Assembly: GCA_963810935.1 (NCBI GenBank) | Contig: CAWEPK010000008.1 | Span: 96,001-160,000 of the forward strand | Reading direction: 5' to 3' | DNA length: 64,000 nt | Source: an uncultured delta proteobacterium | Lineage (GTDB): Bacteria; Desulfobacterota; Syntrophorhabdia; Syntrophorhabdales; WCHB1-27 | Part shown: piece by piece, positions 1 to 8,082 of the stretch | How positions within the stretch are numbered: position 1 is the first letter of the stretch | How the letters are laid out: every line of letters starts with the position of its first letter | Translations under genes and position numbers: made by a program | Notes under the pieces: generated by a model | The model's input: only the letters and a program-made list of their open reading frames with translations | What the model was told of the DNA's origin: nothing | Database searches by the model: none

Positions 1-1
1 C

Positions 2-1939
2 GCGAACAGCGGACTAAACGCGAGCCAGACGGCCATACAGACCGTCTCGCACAACGTTTCCAACGTCGATACGCCGGGTTACTCCAGGCAGCAGGTGGAG
101 TTGACCGAGGCCGATCCTACCGCCTCATCCGTGGGCCTCATGGGCAACGGCGTCAGCGTGCAGGGGATCAAGAGCTATTTGGACCAGAACCTGCAGGACG
201 CGATCACGAGTAAGAACAGCGACGTCCAGGAGCAGCAGGTCTCCGAGCAGTACCTGACGCAGATCCAGAGCGTCTTCGATGAAAGCAATTCCAATCTGTC
301 CACCAATTTAACGAACTTCTTCAACTCCTGGAGCACCCTGTCCACGGACCCGACCAACACGTCCGATAAACAGGCCGTGGCGTCCAGTGGACAAATGCTT
401 TGCTCGACCTTCAACACGATGTCTTCCGACCTTTCCGGCTTGCAGACGAACCTGAACGGCGAGGTGAGCAGCCAGATTGACGAGATAAACGGGATTACGT
501 CGCAAATAGCCTCTCTCAACTCGCTGATAAGTCAGTCTTCCACTGGAACATCCACGGCAAACGACTACGTAGACCAGAGGAACCAGCTCCTCCAGCAGTT
601 GTCCGGCTACATGAACATCAGCTATTACTCGGACAGCTCGACTAATATGGTAGGCGTCCTTACATCGAAAGGAACGACCCTCGTCGACGGCACGGCCTCC
701 TACAACCTGACACCGGGGCAGGAGGCATCCGGGATGACCTCCGTTGTGTGGCAAGGGCCCTCCGACGATTCAATAGATATAACGGACCAGATATCGGGCG
801 GTTCATTGGGCGCCGCGCTGACTGCGCGCGACTCCACCATCCCCGGATACCTGTCGAATCTGAACTCTTTAGCCCAGTCTATCGCGCAGAACGTCAATTA
901 CTTCCACGAGCAGGGCAACGACAGTGCGGGCGTACCTTTTTTTCAGTGCAGCGATACTTCAAACTACGCGAGCGGCATTAGCCTGTCCAGCCAGATCGTG
1001 GACGCCTCGGGCACGGCCCAGACACAGAATATTATGGCAAGCTCTTCCACGACGGACACGACGGACAATGACGTTGCAGCCAGGATCGCCTCTCTTGAAA
1101 GCGAGCCCCTCATGGGAGGAAGCGCGATCGACTCCGGCGTATTCGCTTCAGCCTCGACTAGTGTCGGCCTGACGTCGGACGCTACCCTTGCCGTCAACGG
1201 AGTGGGCGTCACTTTGCACGCCGGGGACTCGCTCAACGACATCGCTGCCGCAGTTAACTCCGCAGCCTCCAGTACGGGCGTAACGGCGCAGGTCGTCCAG
1301 GCATCGTCCGGCTACAAGCTCGTGCTGAGCGCCACCGTTGCCGTCCCGTCGTCATGGACACAAAACTCTCCGAGCCAGGCGCTATCGACCGATAACCCGG
1401 ATCAGCTTGAGCTTCCGGGCGGGGTAGATATCACGTTCCAGGCGGGCCAGTCGCTTAACGACGAGGCAAACGCGATAAACCGCTACCAGAGTACGACGGG
1501 CCTGACTGCCTCCGTTTTTCAGAACAATTCCGGCACATATCAGTTGCTGCTCAGCCCTACCGGAAACGGTAGCGCGCCTCCTGCCCTGAGCAGCGTATCT
1601 GTCGTGAACGGCAGTCTCACGGTGCCGTCGACCTCGGCGGCGTCTTCAGTAACCGGGACGCTGGGCCTGTCCGGTTTCACCTGGGTCGCTTACGAGGCGG
1701 GCGTGGTTTCCGGAGTAGGCCAGGCGACGACTAACGCTACAGACCTCGCCACGTACAACCAGAGCGCCCTGACATCGCTCCAGCAGCAGCAATCTCAGGA
1801 ATCGGGCGTATCGATAGACGAGGAAATGACGAACATGATTCTGTACCAGAATGCTTACCAGGCTTCCGCGCGTCTCTATACGCTCGCGCAGACGATGCTT
1901 AATTCGCTATTGCAGTCCGTGGGGGTGACCACGTCATGA
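2..1939 (+). CDS. flgK: Flagellar hook-associated protein FlgK (5' end truncated by window edge)
   Basis: Frame is open from position 2 (ANSGLNASQTAIQTVSHNVSNVDTPGYSRQ, the FlgK N-terminal motif); C-terminal SGVSIDEEMTNMILYQNAYQASAR; followed by flgL. Confidence 0.95.
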   Translation, partial: ANSGLNASQTAIQTVSHNVSNVDTPGYSRQQVELTEADPTASSVGLMGNGVSVQGIKSYLDQNLQDAITSKNSDVQEQQVSEQYLTQIQSVFDESNSNLSTNLTNFFNSWSTLSTDPTNTSDKQAVASSGQMLCSTFNTMSSDLSGLQTNLNGEVSSQIDEINGITSQIASLNSLISQSSTGTSTANDYVDQRNQLLQQLSGYMNISYYSDSSTNMVGVLTSKGTTLVDGTASYNLTPGQEASGMTSVVWQGPSDDSIDITDQISGGSLGAALTARDSTIPGYLSNLNSLAQSIAQNVNYFHEQGNDSAGVPFFQCSDTSNYASGISLSSQIVDASGTAQTQNIMASSSTTDTTDNDVAARIASLESEPLMGGSAIDSGVFASASTSVGLTSDATLAVNGVGVTLHAGDSLNDIAAAVNSAASSTGVTAQVVQASSGYKLVLSATVAVPSSWTQNSPSQALSTDNPDQLELPGGVDITFQAGQSLNDEANAINRYQSTTGLTASVFQNNSGTYQLLLSPTGNGSAPPALSSVSVVNGSLTVPSTSAASSVTGTLGLSGFTWVAYEAGVVSGVGQATTNATDLATYNQSALTSLQQQQSQESGVSIDEEMTNMILYQNAYQASARLYTLAQTMLNSLLQSVGVTTS

Positions 1940-2826
1940 GAGTAGGTGATAGCTTCCAGTTCCAGACTTATGCGAGCACGCTGATGAACCTGAAGTCGCA
2001 GATGGACCAGGCGACCCAGGAGATATCGTCGGGCGAAAAGGTCATCGCTCCTTCCGACGACCCGTCGGCTTACGCCCAGAACCTCGAAGTACTGGCCGAG
2101 CAAAGCCAGAACACCCAGTATAAGAGCAACCTGACGAGCCTCCAGACCTTGAGCGGCTATTACCAGAACTCTCTCAACACGGTAAGCAACGTACTGACGA
2201 GCGCGGAGCAACTGGCAGAGCAGATGGCCTCCGACACGCAAGACGCGACCACCAGGACGTCAGCCGCCAGCGAGGTTGGCAGCATGATCGACGAGCTCGT
2301 GACCGTGGGTAACACGAAGGTCGGGGACACGTATATATTCGGCGGAGAAGACGCAGGGACCGCGCCTTACCAATCGGATGGCACGTTCGTCGGTTCCAGC
2401 CAGGTGGGCCAGGTGGCGGTCGATTCATCCTCCACGATGGCCGCCGGCATATCGGGGAACACCATCTTCAACGGCACCGTCGACGGCCAGAGCGTAAACA
2501 TCTTCACCACCTTGAGCCAGTTCCAAACCGACCTGACGAACAATAATACCACAGGCATACAGACAGACCTCAATAATATCGGCAATTGCGTGAGTTTGAC
2601 GACGGGTAACCTGTCCTATGTGGGTTCTTATGCAAACAGCATAAGCAGCCTCCTGACGACAAACTCGAATACGGACACGGCGCTCTCCACAACGTCCTCG
2701 AATCTGGTCGGTGTAGACATGGCGCAGGCCGTCTCTGACTATACGACGCTCTCGACGGCCTACCAGGCTGCGATTTACACGATGTCCAAGGCCTCGAGCC
2801 TTACCATACTCAACTACCTGCCCTAG
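1936..2826 (+). CDS. flgL: Flagellar hook-associated protein FlgL
   Basis: ISSGEKVIAPSDDP, YIFGG and C-terminal SLTILNYL; ATGA overlap with flgK. Confidence 0.93.
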   Translation: MRVGDSFQFQTYASTLMNLKSQMDQATQEISSGEKVIAPSDDPSAYAQNLEVLAEQSQNTQYKSNLTSLQTLSGYYQNSLNTVSNVLTSAEQLAEQMASDTQDATTRTSAASEVGSMIDELVTVGNTKVGDTYIFGGEDAGTAPYQSDGTFVGSSQVGQVAVDSSSTMAAGISGNTIFNGTVDGQSVNIFTTLSQFQTDLTNNNTTGIQTDLNNIGNCVSLTTGNLSYVGSYANSISSLLTTNSNTDTALSTTSSNLVGVDMAQAVSDYTTLSTAYQAAIYTMSKASSLTILNYLP

Positions 2827-2845
2827 TTCATAGGGAAGGGAACGA

Positions 2846-3070
2846 ATGCTCGTACTATCCAGAAAAAAACACCAGTCGATCCTTATAAGGGGAAAGGGGG
2901 GCGACATACGTGTAGTCGCGCTGGAGGCCGACAAAGGCAGGCTGCGGCTCGGTATAGAGGCGCCTCAGGGCTATACCATTATAAGAGAGGAGCTCCTGGG
3001 AGAGATAAAAGAGGCCAACAAGCAATCGGCGCTCGGCAGTATGGATGAAATAAGGAAGGTAATAGAATGA
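2846..3070 (+). CDS. csrA: Carbon storage regulator CsrA
   Basis: MLVLSRK...LRLGIEAP...IIREEL; adjacent to fliW. Confidence 0.93.
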   Translation: MLVLSRKKHQSILIRGKGGDIRVVALEADKGRLRLGIEAPQGYTIIREELLGEIKEANKQSALGSMDEIRKVIE

Positions 3071-3459
3071 CGGCTACAGGCGGGATCCACCTCAAAGGGA
3101 AGGTAATCGGGTTCGAAGAGTTGGAGGACTACGCCCTTCAGGACCCCTTCGGCGCAGATTCGCCCTTCCGGCTTCTCAAGTCCCTTCAGTCGGAGATAGC
3201 TTTTGTTGTGGTCAACCCTTACCATGTAGTCGAAGAATACACGTTCGATATCGAAGACGACACGCTGGCCGCCCTCAGTCTGACGGACAAGGACGTCGAC
3301 CGGGTCGCGGTCCTCTGCATCGCAAGGCGCGAAAACGAGACGGTTTACGCCAACCTGCGCTCCCCACTGCTCATCAACACGGAGAAAGGCCGCTTCCTGC
3401 AAGTGGTCCTGCCTAACGAAGGATATCCCATCTCGGCCCCGCTAGTAAAAAAAGCTTAA
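3067..3459 (+). CDS. fliW: Flagellar assembly factor FliW
   Basis: IGFEEL, FVVVNPY, YANLRSPLLIN; csrA-fliW-flagellin context. Confidence 0.9.
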   Translation: MTATGGIHLKGKVIGFEELEDYALQDPFGADSPFRLLKSLQSEIAFVVVNPYHVVEEYTFDIEDDTLAALSLTDKDVDRVAVLCIARRENETVYANLRSPLLINTEKGRFLQVVLPNEGYPISAPLVKKA

Positions 3460-3483
3460 CCGGTTTTTTTTCCGATTCCCCCC

Positions 3484-3510
3484 TTAAGTATCTTCACTAC
3501 CTGTCGATAA
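3484..3510 (+). promoter_or_regulatory. Sigma28 (FliA)-type promoter of fliC
   Basis: TTAA-N15-GTCGATAA versus consensus TAAA-N15-GCCGATAA, about 90 nt upstream of fliC. Confidence 0.75.
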
Positions 3511-3517
3511 CATTGTC

Positions 3518-3596
3518 ATGGAAGGAAAGGAGGTGAGAAAATCAGATCCTTCCGACCAAGGCACGACGCCGAATAAAAACTAAAACATGGAGGTTT
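3518..3596 (+). promoter_or_regulatory. fliC 5' leader with putative CsrA-binding GGA sites
   Basis: ATGGA/AAGGA motifs at 3518-3531; AAAC-ATGGAG-GTTT hairpin places GGA in a loop over the Shine-Dalgarno; GGAAGGA (3520-3526) can pair with TCCTTCC (3547-3553). Confidence 0.65.
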
Positions 3597-3600
3597 CAAA

Positions 3601-4701
3601 ATGTCTTTAACACTCAACACGAACGTTTCTTCATTGATTACGCAAAACTGGCTGTCAGTCAATACGGCAGGAGAGTCAAAGGCAACGGAGCAGCTTTCGA
3701 GCGGCTCTAAGCTCAATAGCGCCGGCGACGACCCGGCGGGATACGCCATTGCTTTCTCTCTCGGCGTAAGCGACGCGGCCCTGCAGACGGCCACCAACAA
3801 CGCCAACCAGGGCTCGGCAATGCTCCAGGTGGCGCAGGGGGCCATGCAGCAGATCGGCAACATCCTTACTCAGTTGCAGCAGCTCGCCACCGAGGCGTCT
3901 TCCGCGAACAACGGATCCAACCTTACCTCCCTGGACAGCGAGAGACAAGCCTTGGAAACTGAGATCAACAACATCAACCAGAGTACGACTTACGGCGGGA
4001 GCGCCGTCTTCGGCTCCGGCAACGTGGCATCGGGCACGGCTACGGCAGCCACCGGCTACGTGAGCAGCGACGTCTCGGGTTGGAGCGGAACCGCTGCAGC
4101 GAACTACACCGTAACGGCGACCGCGACTGCAGTGACTCTGACCAATGCGGCCACGGGCGACTCACAGAAGATCGACTTCACAACGCCCACCGGCTCGAAC
4201 ACGACGACGCTGAATTTCAGCTCCCTCGGGATCAAGCTGACGGTCGGCGCTAACGTTGCCAACATGACGGGCTTGACCTTCACCGTAACCCCCGGCGCCG
4301 CCAACATGAAGTTTCAGGTGGGCGATGTGGCCAACACGGCTAACCAGGTTTCGCTGACGCTGAACCAGGTCGGCACTGCGGCCCTCGGTATAACGGGTGA
4401 CCTCACAAGCCAGACCGATGCGGGTACTTACATGGGAACGATCACAAGCGCACTCAGCACGCTGAGCAGCGCAGAGAGCAGCGTCGGCAACGCCCAAAAC
4501 CAGCTGAGCTACGCGACTGCCAACCTGCAGACGATGGATACGAACACCCAGTCCGCCGAATCGACCATCAAAGACACCGACTACGCATCGTCCATGTCGT
4601 CCTTCACGAAGTACCAGATCGCAACCCAGGCGGGCGTGGCTATGCTCTCGCAGGCCAACCAGATCCCGCAGGAGATTCTCTCCCTGATAAAAGGCCAGTA
4701 A
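3601..4701 (+). CDS. fliC: Flagellin
   Basis: MSLTLNTN, LSSGSKLNSAGDDPAG, C-terminal IKDTDYA...MLSQANQIPQEILSL. Confidence 0.96.
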   Translation: MSLTLNTNVSSLITQNWLSVNTAGESKATEQLSSGSKLNSAGDDPAGYAIAFSLGVSDAALQTATNNANQGSAMLQVAQGAMQQIGNILTQLQQLATEASSANNGSNLTSLDSERQALETEINNINQSTTYGGSAVFGSGNVASGTATAATGYVSSDVSGWSGTAAANYTVTATATAVTLTNAATGDSQKIDFTTPTGSNTTTLNFSSLGIKLTVGANVANMTGLTFTVTPGAANMKFQVGDVANTANQVSLTLNQVGTAALGITGDLTSQTDAGTYMGTITSALSTLSSAESSVGNAQNQLSYATANLQTMDTNTQSAESTIKDTDYASSMSSFTKYQIATQAGVAMLSQANQIPQEILSLIKGQ

Positions 4702-4718
4702 TCGGGGAAACCGTGCTT

Positions 4719-4748
4719 GCCCCCTCCCTTCGAGGGAGGGGGCTCTTT
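4719..4748 (+). terminator. Intrinsic terminator after fliC
   Basis: Perfect 11-bp stem GCCCCCTCCCT-TCG-AGGGAGGGGGC followed by TCTTT. Confidence 0.8.
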
Positions 4749-4792
4749 AAACTGAAAGAAGAGGCGTGAAGAAAGAGCAATTTCAATGTATG

Positions 4793-4808
4793 CGGCTCGG
4801 AATTTGCA
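4793..4808 (+). promoter_or_regulatory. Putative sigma54 -24/-12 promoter of fliD
   Basis: cGG-ctcggaatTT-GCa, exact GG-N10-GC spacing, 30 nt before the fliD start. Confidence 0.5.
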
Positions 4809-4837
4809 CTAGTAAGGTCCGAAGGAGGGCATAAAAG

Positions 4838-6304
4838 ATGTCAACGACCTCATCGACTACGTCTACTACGTCCCCGTCGGTAAACCTTACGGGCATAGTG
4901 AGCAATACCGACTGGCAGACCCTCGTATCGGAGATAACGGCGGACCAGAAAACGGCTGCGGAACAACCGCTTAACGACGACCTGACTACGGAGCAGAACC
5001 TTCTGTCTGCATGGCAGTCTTTCAACACGACCCTCTCCGCGCTCACGAATTACATCAACACCAACAATCTTAATACAGACACCGGCTACCAGGCGTTCAC
5101 CGGCTCGCTGTCGTGCAGCGACGCGAGCGTCACGCCGTCGAACGTGCTGAGCGCCTCGACGGGCACGGGTACGTTGGCGGCGGGAACGTATTCCATAGTA
5201 GTCTCTCAGCTTGCGCAGGAGGAAAAGATAGCCTCTGGCCAGTATTCATCAAGCAGCACGGCCCTCGGCATTTCGGGCAACCTGTTGATCAACGGCACGA
5301 CCGTTTCTATCGCATCGACCGATACACTCTCCGATATCGTCAATAACATCAACAGCTCGGGCGCCGGGGTTAACGCCTCGCTCCTGACGGCCTCGGGCGA
5401 GACGTACATGACGATCCAGGCGTCCGGCGCCGGGTCGTCCAGCATAACGATAGCGGACGGGACCGGCTCGACTGTGGCGGAATCGCTAGGTCTGCTTTCC
5501 AACGGCCAGATTGCGAACCCGATACAGGACGGGAAGGAAGCGGAGCTGACCATAGACGGGTATGCGGTGACCTCTGCCTCGAACACCGTGACCGGGGCAA
5601 TCCCCGGCGTCACCCTTAACCTGACGGGAACAAACGCTTCGAGCAGCCCGATAACGCTCTCCATCACGCAGGACACGTCGGCCGTCACCACGGACGCCAA
5701 CACGCTCGTCTCGGACATAAACAGTGTCCTGACATACATAAACGGCCAGAACACCGCCAGTTCGTCGACTTCTTCTTCGTCCTCGACGTCGAACGTGCTC
5801 ATGGCGAACCCGACGCTGGCTGCCGTAAAGAACTCGATAAACACGACGCTGCTGGGAAACATCAGCGGCAACTCGACCTATACCACGCCCGCCTCCATCG
5901 GCATCACGTTCGGCACGGACGGGAGCACGGATGGCACTATCAGCCTCGACTCCACTACGTTCTCGGCCGCCCTGTCCGCCAACCCGACAGAGGTGATCAA
6001 CGCGATAAAGTCGATCAGCGCCTCTCTTTACACTAACCTGAATGGGTACGTGGATCCTACCACAGGGTCACTGACGTCCCTGCAAACGTCCATTAGCGAC
6101 AAGATCACATCGATAAATGACCAGCTCACCCAGGTGGACCAGCGATGCGCCCAGCAGGCTACTGCCCTACAGACAGAGTATAACAACCTGGAGGTCGTCA
6201 TCGAGAATTCCAACAACACCAAGACATTTCTCACTGACATGGTTAACTCAATGACCAACACGAGCAATAGCAGCTCATCGTCCACTCTTTATAGAGGCAT
6301 ATGA
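4838..6304 (+). CDS. fliD: Flagellar filament cap protein FliD
   Basis: LTGIVSNTDW, AGTYSIVVSQLAQ, SNTVTGAIPGVTLNL; lies between fliC and fliS. Confidence 0.93.
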   Translation: MSTTSSTTSTTSPSVNLTGIVSNTDWQTLVSEITADQKTAAEQPLNDDLTTEQNLLSAWQSFNTTLSALTNYINTNNLNTDTGYQAFTGSLSCSDASVTPSNVLSASTGTGTLAAGTYSIVVSQLAQEEKIASGQYSSSSTALGISGNLLINGTTVSIASTDTLSDIVNNINSSGAGVNASLLTASGETYMTIQASGAGSSSITIADGTGSTVAESLGLLSNGQIANPIQDGKEAELTIDGYAVTSASNTVTGAIPGVTLNLTGTNASSSPITLSITQDTSAVTTDANTLVSDINSVLTYINGQNTASSSTSSSSSTSNVLMANPTLAAVKNSINTTLLGNISGNSTYTTPASIGITFGTDGSTDGTISLDSTTFSAALSANPTEVINAIKSISASLYTNLNGYVDPTTGSLTSLQTSISDKITSINDQLTQVDQRCAQQATALQTEYNNLEVVIENSNNTKTFLTDMVNSMTNTSNSSSSSTLYRGI

Positions 6305-6720
6305 ACCCTTATAGCGCTTACGCAACTGCCAGCATGATGACGGACGAACATGACAAGGGGAAGGTCCTCCTCAAGGCATTGAGGACCCTGATCGAGCGGA
6401 TCGAGGAAGTTAAGGTACTCATAACAGAGAAGAAGTACGAGAAGAAATACCAGGAGCTGACCCGCATCGTCCAGGCCATCCAGCTCCTCCGCGGCTCGCT
6501 CGATATGTCGCTGGGAGAGATCCCCCGGAACCTTTCCATGCTGTACCAGTACGTGATGCGGAGGCTTCAGGAGGTGCACTCAAGCCTCGACACCGCCACT
6601 CTCGACGAATGCAAAACGATCCTTGCGACTATCACGGAAGGCTTCGCTGAAGCCTACCAGACGGAAAAAAAGTTGAGGCAGGCGGCCTCTTTAAGCCAAG
6701 CTCGGGGCATGTCGGTATGA
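6301..6720 (+). CDS. fliS: Flagellar export chaperone FliS
   Basis: MNPYSAY, LRGSLDM..GEIPRNLSMLYQY; ATGA overlap with fliD. Confidence 0.88.
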   Translation: MNPYSAYATASMMTDEHDKGKVLLKALRTLIERIEEVKVLITEKKYEKKYQELTRIVQAIQLLRGSLDMSLGEIPRNLSMLYQYVMRRLQEVHSSLDTATLDECKTILATITEGFAEAYQTEKKLRQAASLSQARGMSV

Positions 6721-6728
6721 CACTTGCA
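6713..6728 (+). promoter_or_regulatory. Putative sigma54 -24/-12 promoter
   Basis: cGG-tatgacacTT-GCa, GG-N10-GC spacing, overlapping the fliS stop. Confidence 0.45.
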
Positions 6729-6739
6729 TATAAATATGC

Positions 6740-6925
6740 ATGGACGAAGGCAGGGGGCCCAGGGAAAAAGAAGGTCGTCTCGACGCCAGGGGTTTTGTCA
6801 GGGACGTCGCTGACGCCAATATGAAAAAGATACGCGCGAGGCTGGCAGACCGAATGTACATCAGCTCTTCGGTTTTCCTGCATAATGTCGCTCTCAAGGC
6901 CAGGCGGAAATGCGAAGATCGATAA
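6740..6925 (+). CDS. Small hypothetical protein (61 aa)
   Basis: ORF fills the gap between fliS and the next gene, directly after the putative sigma54 site; no motif recognised. Confidence 0.35.
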   Translation: MDEGRGPREKEGRLDARGFVRDVADANMKKIRARLADRMYISSSVFLHNVALKARRKCEDR

Positions 6926-7257
6926 CCGCGCCGGGGCGCGAGATAGAGAAGAATTTCATCCGGCTGAGCCGCGCGGCCCTGGAAGAGCAGGACCGGGACA
7001 AGCTTATCGACCTGCTCATGGAAAGGAACAAGCTGTTCATGGAGATGCAGACGGCTGAAAGGACCCCCGACCTGTCACTTGAAGAAATAAATGAGTGCCT
7101 CCAGACGGAGGCTGACATTCTATCGCGCCTCGAGCAAGAGAGGCGCATGCTCCTGTTGAAAATGGACGAGTTTTCAAAAAACAGGAACGCCGTGCAGAAG
7201 TACCGCGCCAGTTTTCCATTCCCTCCGCTTCCCGTATTTTTCGGCTCATCTACGTAA
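6910..7257 (+). CDS. Hypothetical helical protein, possibly a FliT-like chaperone
   Basis: Charged helical sequence (DKLIDLLMERNKLF) at the position after fliD-fliS where fliT usually sits. Confidence 0.5.
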   Translation: MRRSITAPGREIEKNFIRLSRAALEEQDRDKLIDLLMERNKLFMEMQTAERTPDLSLEEINECLQTEADILSRLEQERRMLLLKMDEFSKNRNAVQKYRASFPFPPLPVFFGSST

Positions 7258-7266
7258 GAAATAACC

Positions 7267-7294
7267 TTAAGTTTTTAAACTCCTGAACCGATAA
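7267..7294 (+). promoter_or_regulatory. Sigma28-type promoter
   Basis: TAAG-N15-ACCGATAA; shares the CCTTAAGT and CGATAA elements with the fliC promoter. Confidence 0.7.
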
Positions 7295-7312
7295 GATGAA
7301 TACGGGATAACT

Positions 7313-7525
7313 GTGATGACTGTAAGCGACTACCAGATAAATAACGTAATAAAAACATATATGAAGAATATGAAGACGAAGGTGAACCGTGCCGGAAAGG
7401 CGAGTGATGCGACACAGGCGGAAGATAAAGTAAATATTTCTGAAGAGGGCATGAAGAGGGTCCTTTTCAAGAGAATCGGCGAAAAAATGACGGAGCGGCT
7501 GAAAAAGCATGGCCAAAAAAGATGA
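7313..7525 (+). CDS. Small flagellar-regulon protein (DVU0524/FlgM-associated-like)
   Basis: MTVSDYQINNVIKTY N-terminus and DKVNISEEG (FlgM-like motif); directly downstream of the sigma28 promoter. Confidence 0.6.
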   Translation: MMTVSDYQINNVIKTYMKNMKTKVNRAGKASDATQAEDKVNISEEGMKRVLFKRIGEKMTERLKKHGQKR

Positions 7526-8054
7526 CAACTTCAGCATACTGATTGTCGATGACAACATCGAGATCAGGACTATCCTTGAGGAATACCTTAAGGAAGAGGG
7601 CTGCGCCGCCGACGGGGCAGGGGACGGGAAGGAAGCGCTCCTGAAATATCGGGAGACGCCTTACGACCTGGTCATCACGGACCTGAACATGCCCGGGATG
7701 ACGGGCATCGAGCTGATCCGGCAGATCGGCGCAACGGAAAGCATGACGGAGTTCATCATTATAACGGGTTATGCCTCTCTCGACACAGCCATCGAGGCCG
7801 TCAAGGCGGGCGCGTTCGATTACCTGGTGAAACCTTTCAGGATCGAAGAGCTGATGGTGGTAATCAAGAACGTCAAAGACAAGATCATGCTGAAGAAGGC
7901 GAACAGCCAGCTCTTCGATAAGCTCAAGAACTTTTATGTAGAGATTTCCAAGTACAGGCAATGGCTGAACGACGAGCAGGTATCGCGCCTTGTCGACAAA
8001 AAACTGGAAGAGATTGCGGCCGGCACGCGGTCTGTGGAACCGGCCGAGGTATAA
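7509..8054 (+). CDS. Response regulator receiver protein with a helical tail
   Basis: ILIVDD, DLVITDLNMPGMTG, ITGY, DYLVKPF; no DNA-binding domain seen. Confidence 0.9.
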   Translation: MAKKDDNFSILIVDDNIEIRTILEEYLKEEGCAADGAGDGKEALLKYRETPYDLVITDLNMPGMTGIELIRQIGATESMTEFIIITGYASLDTAIEAVKAGAFDYLVKPFRIEELMVVIKNVKDKIMLKKANSQLFDKLKNFYVEISKYRQWLNDEQVSRLVDKKLEEIAAGTRSVEPAEV

Positions 8055-8082
8055 CGGCCAATAACGAAAGCGGGTAGAAGTC

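Noticed and set aside
5755..5795. Tandem TCG/TCT repeats in fliD as a contingency locus
   Set aside because: Mixed serine codons encode a Ser/Thr linker; this is not a pure slippage-prone repeat.
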